Positions 23,240-36,337 of a DNA stretch of 64,000 nucleotides are shown piece by piece; position 1 is the first letter of the stretch, and each line of letters opens with the position of its first letter. Origin of the DNA: Selaginella moellendorffii (taxonomy: Eukaryota > Plantae > Lycopodiophyta); assembly GCF_000143415.4 (NCBI RefSeq), contig NW_003314292.1, positions 1,626,592 to 1,690,591 of the forward strand, written 5' to 3'. The notes below the pieces were generated by a model. The model was given only the letters and a program-made list of their open reading frames with translations, was not told the DNA's origin and did not search any database. Made by a program: the position numbers and the translations under genes.

Positions 23240-25218
23240 TACACACTGTCGCCGTCAATGCAAGTGATACGCAAGAGTGCCAACAACACGTCCAAGGTTC
23301 GATCCAAAATTCTCGCCGGCTGCTTGCACGGCTCAAAGATTGCTCCGCTGCCAAAGACTTGGAGCGAGGAAGGATTGCTCACGCTGATGCCATCCAAACG
23401 GGTATGGAAACAAACACACTCTGATAAACATGTTCGCAAAATGTGGCAGCCTCGCGGACACCCGCACGACGATGTGGTCCCTTGGAACGCGCTCATGCCG
23501 ATAACGATCAAGGAGAGCTCGCGCTCGATCTCTTCTCCAGGATGAGGTCAGAAGGATGGTCTCTCTTACGTCGCTGCTTGAAAGGCTTGCAGTTGCTTAA
23601 GAGAAGCTCATGGTCCAGCGGCAAGTTTTTGCTAAGGTTTGCACCGCTCGATAAAGCCAGGGAGCTCATCAGTTTATATGCCAAGTGTGGGAGTGTGGGA
23701 GTGTGGGAACTTGGCTGACGCCTTCCAGGTTTTTCAGAGGATCCCGAGTCACAGTTTGGTCTCCTGGACGGTTTTGGTACTTGGTTATGAGGAGAATCTA
23801 TCAGGGCGTGCTGGCAGCGAAAGAAGCGGTTAAGCTCCCGAGCCAACACAAACTCGTCAAGGCGGCGGCTCTGGAAAAAGCTGTTCCTCCGACACAGATA
23901 TATTCGTGGCAAACGCAGCGCTCGATATGTTTCTCAAGTGTGGAAGCCTCGAAGATGCTTGCCAGGTGTTTGAGAGGATCCAGCGCCCGGATGTTGTGTC
24001 GTGGACAACTTTGATCGTGGGATACTCCGAGAACCGCGAGCCAGAGGTGGTCCTCGAGCTGTTCCAACGCATGCAACTCCAGCTCGTGGCGGTGGTAAAA
24101 GCTTGCATGGCTCTGGGTGCGATCGGGCAGAAGATAGATGGAAAGGTTGTCAAGGCGCAAAGCTTGGAGAAGGGAATGGCCATTCACGCGATGGCTGTGT
24201 CGCAGTTTTACTACGACTCGGATGTTTTTTTGGCGAGCTCGCTGGTGGAGATGTATGCAAGATGTGGGAGCTTGCTCGACGCTTGCAAAGTTTTCGACAG
24301 GATCGTCTCGCACGACTCGGTGTTGTGGACGGCTTTGGTGCTGGGCTATGCTGATAATGGAGAGGAAGAGATTGCTCTCGAGTTATTCCGGTGCATGAGT
24401 TCTCGAGGCTGCACACCAGATTGTCGGACTTACGTTGCGGAGGAGGCTCGGAGAGTCTTCCTGGGAGGAGCTGCTTCACAAAACTTGGTCTCTTGGACGT
24501 CACTCGTGCTTGGCTACGCTCGAAACGGTAAAGAAGATCTGGCACTGGAGGCTTTCACTGGTTTGCGACCACAAGGCTGTGTCCCGAAGACTCGACCGAT
24601 CGTAGCAGCACTGAAAGCCTGCATTGATCTGGCCGAGAAAGAAGATGGAACTCAAGTCGAGGGAAATTTTGTCAAGTTAGCAGCTCTCGAGAAAGGAATG
24701 GCGGTCCACTCGGAGGCAGCAGCCAAGTGTCCCGGTGACTTGGAAAACACCTTCGTCGCGAGCAGCTTGATCGACTTTTACGTCAAGTGTGGAAGCATGG
24801 GCGATGCTCGGCGAGTTTTTGACACTATGCCAGATCCGGGCCTGGTTTTGTGGAGCACGCTCATGCTGGGATACGCCGATGATGGAGAAGGTGACATAGC
24901 ACTGGAGCTCTACAAACTGGTCAACAAGAGTTACACCCCCGACACTCAAACTCTGGCCGCTGCTCTCACTGCTTTTGCCAGGGTTGTGTCTCTCCAAGCT
25001 GGGAAAGAGATCCACTCGGAGATTTACAGGTGTGGCTTGGAGGGTGATGCGACGTGCATGGTGGACTTTTATGGCTGGCTTGGATGGCGTTGCTTGGGGC
25101 TTGTCACAAGTGGAGGGACATGAAGCATGGGAGGATTGCGTTTGAGGCATTGGTGGTGTTCAATCCAGAGAGCTCAGCTGCTTACGATCCTATGTCTAAC
25201 ATCTATGCAAGTTCTTGA
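23240..25218 (+). pseudogene. PPR pseudogene A: deleted and frameshifted duplicate of the 53071-56202 gene
   Basis: Near-identical blocks to 53080-56200 with large internal deletions and frameshifts. Confidence 0.9.
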
Positions 25219-26765
25219 CAAGAACTTTACACTTTGTAAAAGTTGAAATGATGTGGCAATGGTTGTACCCATGTGGCAATATATATATACCTATATATAA
25301 TTCATTTGTCCACTTTCATGGTATTTAAGCCCTCTTGATCCTGGGTTGCTAAACATGAGGCTATTAATGAAGAGGAAAATGAACAACAATCCCTTTTATA
25401 ATGTTTGGGATGATTAATGCATTAGATGTTTAAGGCGCTAGATCAAAGCAATGCTAGACTGTCACTTAGAAATTCAATTGTTAGTTAATAGAGGATGCAA
25501 TAGCATGGCAGTTACCAGATTAAACCCATAGAAAAACAAGAGTGTGTGCAAGTAAAGTCAAAACATAATGATGAGTTTTTCATATATTTTTCTCCCCATG
25601 TTCTTATGCAAACATTGGAGCCCTAAAGCCATAAAATATTCCCAGAATATTCTCTTGGTATTCAAGGTTAATATGAAAAGTCAAGGAACACTGCAACTTG
25701 CAAAGGTTTAACTGAATCTTCAGCCTTTTACTCAGGCACTGCACATTTTCACATTTGCCAAGAATTCCTGAAGAATGCCTTTGGATTTGTCTCCGGGAGA
25801 GAGATGTCCTAGAGCCTCCAAGGCATGTGAACAAAGATGGAGGAGAGTCTCCCCAGGCAATATGTCACAACAGTCTCTTGTGATCAAAAGCCAAACATTC
25901 TGCACTAAACAGAAGTCTTGGGAAAATCTAAGGCTCACAAAAGGATTAATGTATAGATAGAAAAAATTAAAAGAGAATTTAGAATTGACTTTCAAATCAC
26001 CATTCAGCAAGATGCAATTAGCATAGAACAGCATCATGGCAAACGACATATGCCATTTTTTGGTTATATGGCAGTATGGGACTCTATCTCTGGATGCACC
26101 AGCACCTTGTAGTCAAAATGCACCTCAAGCATTTCAACCCCATGAATGCCATGCATCGATCCAATCGCGCAGTAGTCGCCTGCCATCGAAAGCCCTAGAA
26201 AAGAGAGGAAATGAATATCTTGAGAATAGGGTCAGATGTTAACTTGTTTGTTAACTTAGCTGGAGAGGGCTGATGACTGGGTCAGGGGCTCCAAAACTCA
26301 ACAACCAGAGCTGCACGATATGGGTATGTGCTTCAAAATGCTGTAGGATGTCCTACTCTCTAGCAAGCATCATTTCTTGCCATCTCTCACATTTTTTGTC
26401 AAACATGCACAAACTATGGAGAGCCAACTTGATCATATTATCCTCCGGGTGCACAATGTAAATGTTTATTCCCTGGAGATAATTCCCACTAGTCAAACTT
26501 GCCAAGTTTGGAGTGTTGATAACAACCCCAAAAACTGTCCCATTTGACCTTGTGCTAAGATCTTGAGATTGGAGCTGCACAGCATCACAAACCTCTGCAA
26601 GACAGCTCCAAAGCCTATGACTATTAGTGCTACTAGTGCTGCAGAGCATGCACTATTTGGAAACCCACAAGCTCTCACATAGCAAGCCAAATGATGTGGT
26701 TTTTCAAATTTTAACTATATGAAAACACTAGATAAGAGAAATAAGACTTCCAATATGAGAAAATT
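25219..26765 (+). repeat. Segmental-duplication arm homologous to 56203-56969 plus 60803-61680
   Basis: Colinear similarity, e.g. aaaattaaaagagaatttagaattgactttcaaatcacca at ~25960 and ~61030. Confidence 0.85.
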
Positions 26766-27860
26766 ATATAGAAGAGGCAAGCCATTCATGTGGTACTGTG
26801 CTTGCTCCTGTTTTGTCGAATGTGGCTGCTTCTTGAGGATTAATCCCTTGAACTTTAATGTATAGCTTTGTAAACTCTCACCTGGCAAGAGTTGGAAATG
26901 ACTCAGATCACTCATAAGTCGTTGTGAAAAGCTTACCGGCCTGAAAGTAGCCAAAAAGGATACCCTCAACGCTGCCCAATCTATCACTGTTGGAACTTGA
27001 GCCATCCATTCTGCAGCTACACCTTGTAACGTGGCTGAAAAAAGTTTCCTGCAATCTATTGCATCTGCCTTGACTTGTTGCTGTTGAGGCTGTTGTACTT
27101 ATTGGATTGTGGCTGTTGTTGCCGTTGCTCTACTGGCTGTTGCCACTGTGGTGATGACTGGAACTCCTACCATTCATCTTCTTGTTCTTGATTATTCTCC
27201 TGCTTGCTGACAAGACTACTTGGTTGAGGATTTGCACTCCTCGCTCTTGGACTCTTGGGATCATAATCTAATGGCAGATTTCTCACAAGAATTCTCAAAT
27301 CTCTCTCACGTCTTTGCCTTGCTTGTCTTTCCTCTTGCTCTTGCGCTTTTACAAGTCTCGCCAAGTACTCTTGACTTCTTTGGCTCATACACCAGGAAGG
27401 AATGGCCTCGATTTGGTGAGGGTAGCTTGGCTTCTCCTAGTGCTCACCCTTCTACCACAATCTCCACACTTGCTTCGCTTCTTGGGCAGTGCACTAAACG
27501 ATGTTGCTCCTCACGACGACACACTAGCAAAGTGGAGAATCATTGCTGCCTAACCTCATTCCTAGCCTCATCAGCTGCTAGAACCTTTGCCAACATCCTA
27601 ACCCAAGGTTGCCCACAAGTCGGACAACTCACACAAATTGGTTGATCTCAAGCAATTTTCACTATGATGTGACTATAGTTACTGTTGCACTACCAACCTT
27701 TGCTCCATGCGCTCCAAGGCTGTCGAATGAGGCATCCTTCCAAGAACCTTCTCTTTATTTCATTCCTTTCACTTCTACACACATGCTATTCCTGGAAATT
27801 GACTGTTTGCCCCTTTCTAGCAGAATATTCTCTTATTCCCCCACCATAACCAAGAAAAAA
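26715..27860 (-). mobile_element. Degenerate LTR-retrotransposon gag remnant
   Basis: DWAALRVSFLATFRP...LSHFQLLPGESLQSYTLKFKGL is a retrotransposon gag-like segment, with Gln-rich and coiled-coil pieces upstream. Confidence 0.55.
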
Positions 27861-27869
27861 GAAAGAAAA

Positions 27870-30800
27870 ATTTCCCAAGATCAGAGCTCCATCTGGGAAG
27901 TAAGTGGGGTGGACTATCCCGTGACTTGCAATGTGAATCCAGTTACTCTCGGGAAGCTGGCGCAGCACGAAATCTTTCGTTGCATCAGCTTCACGCAGGA
28001 AGTTGACGACACTACCTGTGTTGGCTTTCTTCAACAAGGACTCCACCATCTCTCCTTCCTTTGTTGCGTAGATTAGATCTTTGGTGGGGTTTCCTACGAC
28101 CAGGTATGATGAAGGCTGTGATTGCTGGGCTAGTCTTCTCTTGTCACAATGCTTCAAGAGCCTCAATGAGGAAACTGTGGCTACCGCATATTTCTGGATC
28201 AAGTAGTAATTGTCTTCATCGATCATGGCACCGAAAGGAACAACGGAGATATCCTACAAGTTTGGCAGCTCTTCAGAGTTTGCAAGTAAAAGAAACAAAA
28301 GATAGAGTACCTCGCTTGGAACAAAAACAAGTTTCTTGGGTTGGATACTTTCTAGCTGCGACTCAAAAGGCTCGATGATGATCTTGTAGTAATCCCTGAG
28401 AGTACTGTCTGCGTCGTTAGCATCCAGTAGTTTCAGTAAATCCGATGGCGAGCAAGCTTGAAAGCCGCGTTGGTGTCTGTAGTTGATAAGATTCCCATTG
28501 TGTAGAAGATAGATAACCACGTTGTCAAAAGTTGATGTCGAAATCTTAGATACAATCAAGATGGCTGTTTCCTTTCCCATGATCTTGGAGACTTCTTCAA
28601 TTTCTGACCAGGCTCTGTCGTCGTCCATGTCGAACTCCATCGAGTTCTCCCGATTCCCTTCTTTGCTGACTAGAAACAGCATGTCTCTTGCATGGCTCCT
28701 ATCAGACCAGATCAGTGCTCGTTTGATCTCGTTGGCATCCAGTAGGAGCATCTGGAGTCCTTTAAAGTAGAGCTTGAGTGACTCTATATTGTTGATCCTC
28801 CCTATGCTCAAACAGCCGAAGTTTCCATCCATTCGCAGCCAATACCTGAACAAATAAATCTTAGAGCTTCCTTCTCTTTAGAAACAGAGAGATGCCACGA
28901 ACCTGAGGAGCTCTTTGATTTTCTGGATGGAGTCTGTAGTAAAGCCCATCTTAAACAGCAGACAAGCATGGTTAACAAGAACTGAAGGGACTGTAACACT
29001 TGGAGAGATTAAGCGCTCAGCAAGTTGGATAGCTTGTCTCATGAATTCATTGACGAGCAATAGGGGTGGAGAGATCCTCAGTTTAATCGAATATGCATAC
29101 GCAAGCTCCGCCATCTTCATCCAAAGTCTAGATTCGTATATTTTCAGGCCATGTAGTTCGACATCCCTATCCTCCCGTGTCAGAGTTTGGAGCAAGTGGC
29201 CAATCTGTGATTCCTGTTCCTCAAGGTCTCCTTCTTTGTCAATTAATAACTTCAAAGTCTCTTTCAGCTCCATCGTTGCCTCATCATACAAAGTAGTTTC
29301 AGTAGCTGCGCCCATTTGTAAGTTCTTGTTGCACACTTTGAGAAGGACGACAGCGTTTCCAAAGCTCGTCTGTAAGCGATTCCTGCCAAAGAAAGAGGGG
29401 GTGTCTCTGTTACAGATATACGTGACCAGTGCTGCAGGGTATGGTGTTTGTAAGGGTTCCAAAAGTTGGCATGACCTCTGAAAATGCAGAGCGGCACCAG
29501 AAACATCTCCCCATTCGCACTTGAGACGTCCTTGCATGAGTTCTACAATACCTTGTCCAAACACCACCAAGTTGGGGACGCTTCTGCCTGTAACCTTCAG
29601 GAGTTCCTGGACGATCTCATTTGCCTTTTGGAACAATTGCTGCGATGTAAGAGCGTCAAACTGCCGGGCCATGGCGTCCAGGATGAGCTCCTCATTACTG
29701 GCTTGAAGAGCATAGCGTTTCGCCCTCTCCAGATATTCTCGGCTTGTTTTCTTGTCAGTGCATGCGTTCCCTAGTTCAGTTGCAGCAAAGTAACGTAGCA
29801 TTCCTGTTTGTGCTTGTTCCAGGGAGCTCTCCAGGAATCCATATTGTGCTTCCAAAAACTGGCCGTCCACTACTCCTCTTCCAATGTAGTAATCTGTCCA
29901 AGCTCCGTAATTTTCACCATCTCTAGAGTGTTTCTCGACACATACCATCAGTCGAGAGACCATAGCCTGAGTGTCTCCTTTCGTTTCACGGCCAAGGTAG
30001 TCGTTTATAAACTCTTGGGCCCAGTGAATGCTGTCCAAGTCACCCATCTTCAAGGCAATCTGATGGCCAAGCACGAGCGGATCAATGCCAGTGACTGAGA
30101 CCTCGTCATCTTTGTCGTACATAACTTCGATGCCTTCTTCGATATGGGACCTTGCATCTTCCGCGTCGACCCGGCCCTCTTGGAGCATCGCTATCTCGCA
30201 CCTGGCTTCCCTGTACAAGTCGTAGGCAGCAAAGCAGACGTTCAGTGGTGTAGCAGTCGCAACTGATGCCAGATCTGGAGATGGGGATGGCAACGTGAGT
30301 ATGAAGAACTTGGTGAACCTGTCATATTGGACATGGTTCAGGAGGAACAACGTAGAGCAGCATGATGACGCCAACTTTTCCGCAAGCTTGTCCTTGAGAT
30401 TCACCATAAAGTTTGCCAGTGTTCTTCTAGCCTCGGCATACATAGAGACTACCTCTTTCCAATCGCCACCTTCCTTCTGCTTGATCTTCGCTTTTATCAT
30501 GCTAGCCAGTGCTGACGAGATTACCGATCCAGTGAACACCTGATCGAGAGCGATCTTTGCTTCCTGAAGCTCACCAAGCTGTGACAGAGTCTTCATCATC
30601 CAGTACGAAGCTATGGCCCCGTACTCTACATCCAGAACTTCTGATGTGGATTTGGCAACTTGGAAGCATTTTAGAGCGCCTTCTCCATCATCCTGCTGAT
30701 TGATTGATCCAAGGCCCATGGCAGCATGATACCTCAGCAAATCTGATCTTGCGGAATCGAGGCAAGAGGTGAACAGTGCCTTTTCCTGATGGCGTGTTGC

Positions 30801-31097
30801 CACATGAAACGCTGCCAGTGCCTGTGGATCCTCTTCTTGTTGCTGCTGGCTGTTTGCAAAGCACTCCAGCAGAAACACCGAGAGGTTATCCGGCTCCAAA
30901 TCTTCGCTTGAGAAGTGATTGGAGAAGCTTGGATTGGTACTCCACAGAAATCCATCGGCATCGCCCTGCTTCAAACAGATGAAATGACAGTCAGCAAAGC
31001 TCTTGACAGCAGGCTTGAGATCTTGCTTGCTCTTCGACAACTCTTCCAGCAAAAGAACAGCTCCCTTCAGGCAAGACGAACAAGAACTCTCCTCCAT
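27870..31097 (-). CDS. TPR-like helical repeat plus CHAT (caspase-HetF) protease-domain protein, C-terminally truncated (exons 31097-28903, 28845-28311, 28253-~27870)
   Basis: Two 57-bp GT-AG introns join three ORFs in frame. CHAT motifs: YYKIIIEPFE, KLVFVPSE|DISVVPFGAMIDEDNYYLIQKYAVATVSSL, LVVGNP, DATKDFVLRQLPESNWIHIASHG, GALIL. No LSAC-type Cys motif before the retroelement-like sequence. Confidence 0.8.
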
Positions 31098-32269
31098 TTC
31101 TCTCTAACACAATTCCAAGCTTGACTTATTCCACTGTTAAATGAAAGTTTACTCTTTGACTTTGCTGCCAATGCTTAATCAGGTCACTATGTGAAGAAAA
31201 ATCGCCCACTACGGTTTAAGTATATTCGCTATTTTGCATGGGGAGTTGTGCCAATCCGGCAAGGATGTGAAGCTGGGCGACGCGGAGGCATAGGAGGATC
31301 CATCACAGCTTGCCATAGCCAAGAAAATACTAGAAGAACACTTCTATGTTCAAGATCTCCAAGATCCATCCCTCTTCGTCCTGCCCAAGACCACGATTGA
31401 TTCCCCAAATCACACGGCGCCGACACCATCCTCCTCGGGCGATCGTAATGCCGGGCATCCAAACTACCGGCGATGGATCGTCGTGGCAGCCGTGCCATTG
31501 CATCCAGCTGAACACCACCCCAGCCCCATCCACGCATCCAGATCCCGGCCGCGATCCAGCACAGCGAACAGCGCGTGGCAATCAAACTGGCGATCGCGCC
31601 CAGCGTCCGGATCACCCCTGCCAATGTGGACGTGGAGCTCCGCATCAAGACCCTATCGGTTCTTGATGGACGTGCTCAAGAACAAGGCGGCGCTGGGCTT
31701 CTACCCCTGCCGGATTAGATTCTCGATCGAGCCACTGCTGGGCGATCCCAGCGTACACGCCCAGGACCGATGGCGGTGGTGGATCTAGCAGCGGGGCTAA
31801 CACGAGGACGAGGAGCAGTGGTAACAGATCGGCGTCCAGATTGGATTTGGGCCCGTGTCGATCAGTGGCAAGAGGAACTCGGGGGTGGAATTGACGCAAA
31901 TCTTAGACTTTGGACAACCTGGATTCTATCCCCAGGTCAACGATTTGGTGCAACGGAGGACAAGAGATTTCGGTATCGTCAAGGCTATCGACAGAGAATT
32001 GGGGAAGCGCTTGTCACTGAAATCGGTAGTCTGGTCGGGTCGTTTCGCCTGGATTTTTCGATGCGGTCGAACTGTGATCCAACCGTTGCCGTCAAGTCTT
32101 AGGGTTTATCTTCTTGTGACCACGCTGGAGGAGCAATATTGGCAAATCTGGATCAAGATGTGTCGATCACTCACGTTATTTCCACGATTCCGTGATCATG
32201 TTATCAAGTTAAAATGTTCTTTTTCTTCCACTCAGTGTTCCTTACTTTCTAGCTTCTTCGTGGCTTCTC

Positions 32270-33140
32270 CTCGTGAGGAACAATGTCGCCATCAATGCAA
32301 GTGAAACGCAAGCGAGCCAACAAGACGTCCAAGGTTCGATCCAAAATCTCGCCGGCTGCTTGATGGGCTCAAAGATTGCTCCGCTGCCAAAGACTTGGAC
32401 AGAGGAAGGATTGCTCACGCTGATGCCATCCAAACGGGTATGGAAACAAACGCACTCTGATAAACATGTTCGCAAAATGTGGCAGCCTCGCGGACACTCG
32501 CAAGAATCCCGCATGACGATGTGGTCCCTTGGAACGCGCCGATAACGATCAAGGAGAGCTCGCGCTCGATCTGAGGTCAGAAGGATGGTCTCTCTTACGT
32601 CGCTGCTTGAAAGGCTTGCAGTTGCTTGGCTTCCAGGGAACGAGCAAGAGAAGCTCGTGGTCCCAGCGGCAAGCTTTTGCTAAGGTTTGCATCGCTCGAT
32701 AAAGCCAGGGAAATTCACAGGGAAGTTGAGAGATGCCAGAACTTGGATATCAAGCTTCCAAACACGCTCATCAGGTTTTCCAGAGGATGTCGAGCCAATC
32801 TATCGGGGCGTGCTGGCAGCGAAAGAAGCGTTTAAGCTCCTGAGCCAAGGAAAACTCGTCAAGGTGGCGGGAAAAAGGAAGAGAGATTTTGCAAGCTGTG
32901 GAGAGCGGCTCCAATATTCGTGGCAAACATAGCGCTCGATATGTTTCCCTAGTATGGAAGCCTCGAAGACGTGTTTGAGAGGATTCAGCGCCCGGATGTT
33001 GTCTCGTGGACAACTTTGATCGTGTTATACTCCAAGAACTGCGAGCCAGAAACGCATGCAACTCCAGCGATGCTCTCCGAATGGACAGGCTTTCGTGGTG
33101 GTGACAAAAGCTTCAAACCGGGCTGAAGATGGAGAGGCAT
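32270..33140 (+). pseudogene. PPR pseudogene B (5' part of the 53071 gene, ends near ETGQKIDG)
   Basis: Degenerate copy of 53020-54210, preceded by the same upstream block as at 22988-23235. Confidence 0.85.
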
Positions 33141-33244
33141 AAAGAACATTAGAATATTCTAAAATCAGCAAATAAGCGTGTGTGAACGTATCGAACCATG
33201 ACTTTAACATAGAGATGGACAGAACTTTATTTCTGAGTTTAATC

Positions 33245-35089
33245 TCATATCACAACAGCTTCGAGTGCTTTGATAAAAACTCCATCAACCTCTTGGGGAT
33301 GTGCCACGGCAGAGAACACAGTGTATGTTTCGTTATAGTTAACACTACCAGCAGACCACCACCTTGAGGGAAACTAGTCTGGCTTACCGTCCACATCATA
33401 AGCAGCTGTATAAAGATCTATGTTCTCAGGCTTGAAAAACTTGCTCGCATTCTGCCATTTTGTAATCCCTTTTTGTGGCCCAACAGAAACTCGAAACACA
33501 TCAATGAAGAGCAGATCACTTTCCACTCTTCGAGTCGCAAAGTCAACACAGCAGCGTTGCCAGCTGCTGGGGATATAAGTTGTTGGTGAGTACGTCAGGA
33601 CTGGTCCCAAATCCAAGCCGAAATAATGAAAAGCTTCAATCTTCTTTCCCTTCATCGGCCCCATGCCCCACTGTTTCGCAATGTGGATTACAATCCTTTC
33701 CACCATGAGTTCAACCAGCAACGGTGTGCGGCCATGCATTCTTCAATGAGCTGCTCCGCCACTTTCATCATCAAGGCATCTCCATCTGCCTTATCCAAAT
33801 GCATTCCAACGGCGGCCACAACCATTGCCTTGGCAAGATCAGAAACCAGCGCAAACTTGTCTCCATTTTGTACAATCCATCAAGGATCAAAACTATCAGA
33901 GTCGATCCTGCCTGTGCCAGCTATCAGATCCGATAGCGCAGCCACCTCTATTCTCCTCCTGACACGTTTCAAGGCCGCTATCTCCGTCACCCACTGTTCA
34001 ACAGTCCTTCGTTGTTGTTCAACCTCCTCGGTGGACAGAAACTTCTCCCTCGCCTCATGCTCACGATCTGCAGAAGCCGCCGCTTCGACATAGCAATCCA
34101 TGAAAACACGCACCATGAGTGGCAAACCTCCCGTCAGTGCCTGCATTTCACCAGGCTCGGACGGCAATCCCTTCCAGGTGATGTACTGCTTCGTCTCCTC
34201 GGGCGTGAAGGCTGTGTACTTGCAATGGTAGTTTCTGTTGTGAGTGGTCTTGAAAACCCTGGCATAAGCCTCGTTCCGCCTTGCCGAGCCACCATGCAAG
34301 CAGGTTGAGCTTTCCTCGAGTGCTTCCAATGCAAGCCACACGTTCATAAAGGAGCTGCTTGAGGCCCTGCTGTCCAAAACATCATACTCATCGACAACGA
34401 AGAACAGATCGTTGGTGTCTTTCAGCCACGACACCACCTCCATCATCTCCTCCCAGTCCTCAATGCAGCACAGGCAGTTGCATGTTGGAGCATCATCCGC
34501 AAAGGCCACCAAGAGAGCCTCCCTGGTCGCCGTCAGCAAGCCGGAGCGCTCCTCCGGCATCCTGAAGATGCAAACCAGCCGCGATTTCCTTGCCGCGCCT
34601 TGGTTCCCCTTGGAGAACTCGTGGAGACAGTGAAGAGACAGCATGAGCAAGAGGTAAGTTTTCCCCGAGCCGACATTCCCGTCCAAGTCTATCACATCGT
34701 TCTTGCTCGCCGCGAATCTGTCCAGGATCTCTTTGAAGACTGGGCGCCCCACAAGCCAGAAGCCATCAGCCTCTGACGGAACGCGCGGCACCCTGGGCTG
34801 CAAGCTCGGCCATGGCAGCTTGTCAAACACTTTCACCTCCTTGAAGTCCACGCTTGGAAGCGCTGCGATGGAATCCGCGATGCTCCGCACGCGCCGCAGC
34901 ACTGCATCGGAGCGAGCGTTGCCGAACATGCCCGCCGCTGACATCTCGTTGCGAAGGCGGCCTGGCGGTAATCGAGCCCTGGCACCTCTTTCCTTCAAAT
35001 CCTTGACAGAGAACAAGAACTGCGACTCCACAGCTTGCGCTTCGCAGGAGATCGATCCAATCGCGCAGCAGGGACTCGTCGCCCGCCAT
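33245..35089 (-). pseudogene. STAND-like P-loop NTPase / putative nuclease, copy 1 (disrupted)
   Basis: Homologous to 36984-38906, with a 5' deletion (~35030-35050), an in-frame TGA at 33880 and small frameshifting deletions near 33730 and 33390. Confidence 0.88.
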
Positions 35090-35196
35090 CGAAAGCCCTA
35101 GAAAAGAGAGGAAATGTAAAGGTGAAGTGTACCACTTGATCTCGTGCTCATATATGCAAACTCAAGTTTAAACAAGCACATATAAGTATCTTGCTT

Positions 35197-36300
35197 TTAC
35201 CTGAGTAAACCTCCTCCGTGTTCTAGGATGCCATCTAGGAACTCTCCACTGTGCTCCTTGATCGAGCCACGTTTTCCAAAAAGCTCCTCGCTACGAACTC
35301 CCCATGCTAAGCACAACTGCTTCATTGCCTTGACTAGCCTCATGTCCCAGCCAGCCCTTGAGATGCTGAAAACAACGTCCGTGATCTGGATTGCAAGCTC
35401 GCAAACTTCTAAAAACTGCCTGGAACAGTTGTTACCGATCTTGTTGAGAACCATTGCAAGCTGCCAACGCACGGCCTTCACATACTCTTCACTTTTAAAA
35501 GACGAGCACCTATTCCTCTGATTGCTGCTAGAAAGAACAGGCCACCTGCCGTTGTTGCGCACATTTGTAGCAATTGTGTTCGAGACATACTCGTTTGCAG
35601 CCTTGACATCCTGGTAGAGGTTCCTATCGTTGAAAATTGCATCAATGCAATCCTTGTCGAACCAATGCAAAGAGATGAAGCTCGTCCTTGATCATATCTT
35701 TGTGAGGCTTGAATCCATATAGCGAGTGAAGCCTCCACAATGGGCTCCTCCCTGCGAATAAATCTTATAGAATTATAGCGATTGTTTACCTATAACTCCA
35801 GCATCTCTCAAGTCTGTAGGGTTGTCGAACGCACGCAAGAATGAGCCTGTACTTCGGCAAGCAGCAGGAAAACGAGCTTCTCTTCTACCTTTGTTGAAGG
35901 CATATATCGATGATCCAGTTTCTACCATACACCTATAGAGAAGATACAAACACTTAAACAAAATTGCTAAGTGAAATGACATCCACCCCCTGAATTCCAT
36001 GCTCGAACAGCTCTTCAAGCTCATCCACGATGATGGATACTACTGCTGGAACAACCGCACTTGCTGTCTTCCCATCGAACTTCCTTAGTGGCACAAAAAC
36101 AATTGGAAAAGGCCTGTGATTTGAAAACTTTCCAGCATTGCCGAAACTCTAGAGAAAGTAGATTCAAATTAGATCATAAAGCATACAAACAAAACTTCAA
36201 TTTTACCTGATTTTGTTGTTTGTCTTTGAAATGTTGAAACCATCCCAATGGCATTGGAGAAGGAGGTTCCTGGGATCACCTTGAATTGCAGTTCGTTCAG
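35197..36300 (-). mobile_element. Degenerate transposase-like fragment (possibly CACTA/En-Spm type)
   Basis: GRWP...FKSEEYVKAVRWQL...SRAGW...LAWGVRSEELFG...EHSGEFLDGILEHG resembles my recollection of CACTA-like transposase C-terminal motifs; frames are broken. Confidence 0.35.
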
Positions 36301-36337
36301 CAATATCATCTTCGCCACATGAAGAGCATCGGAACTT

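Noticed and set aside
31200-32000. Possible gene between the CHAT gene and PPR pseudogene B
   Set aside because: GC-rich and coding-like, but the frames are broken and I recognise no domain; left uncalled.
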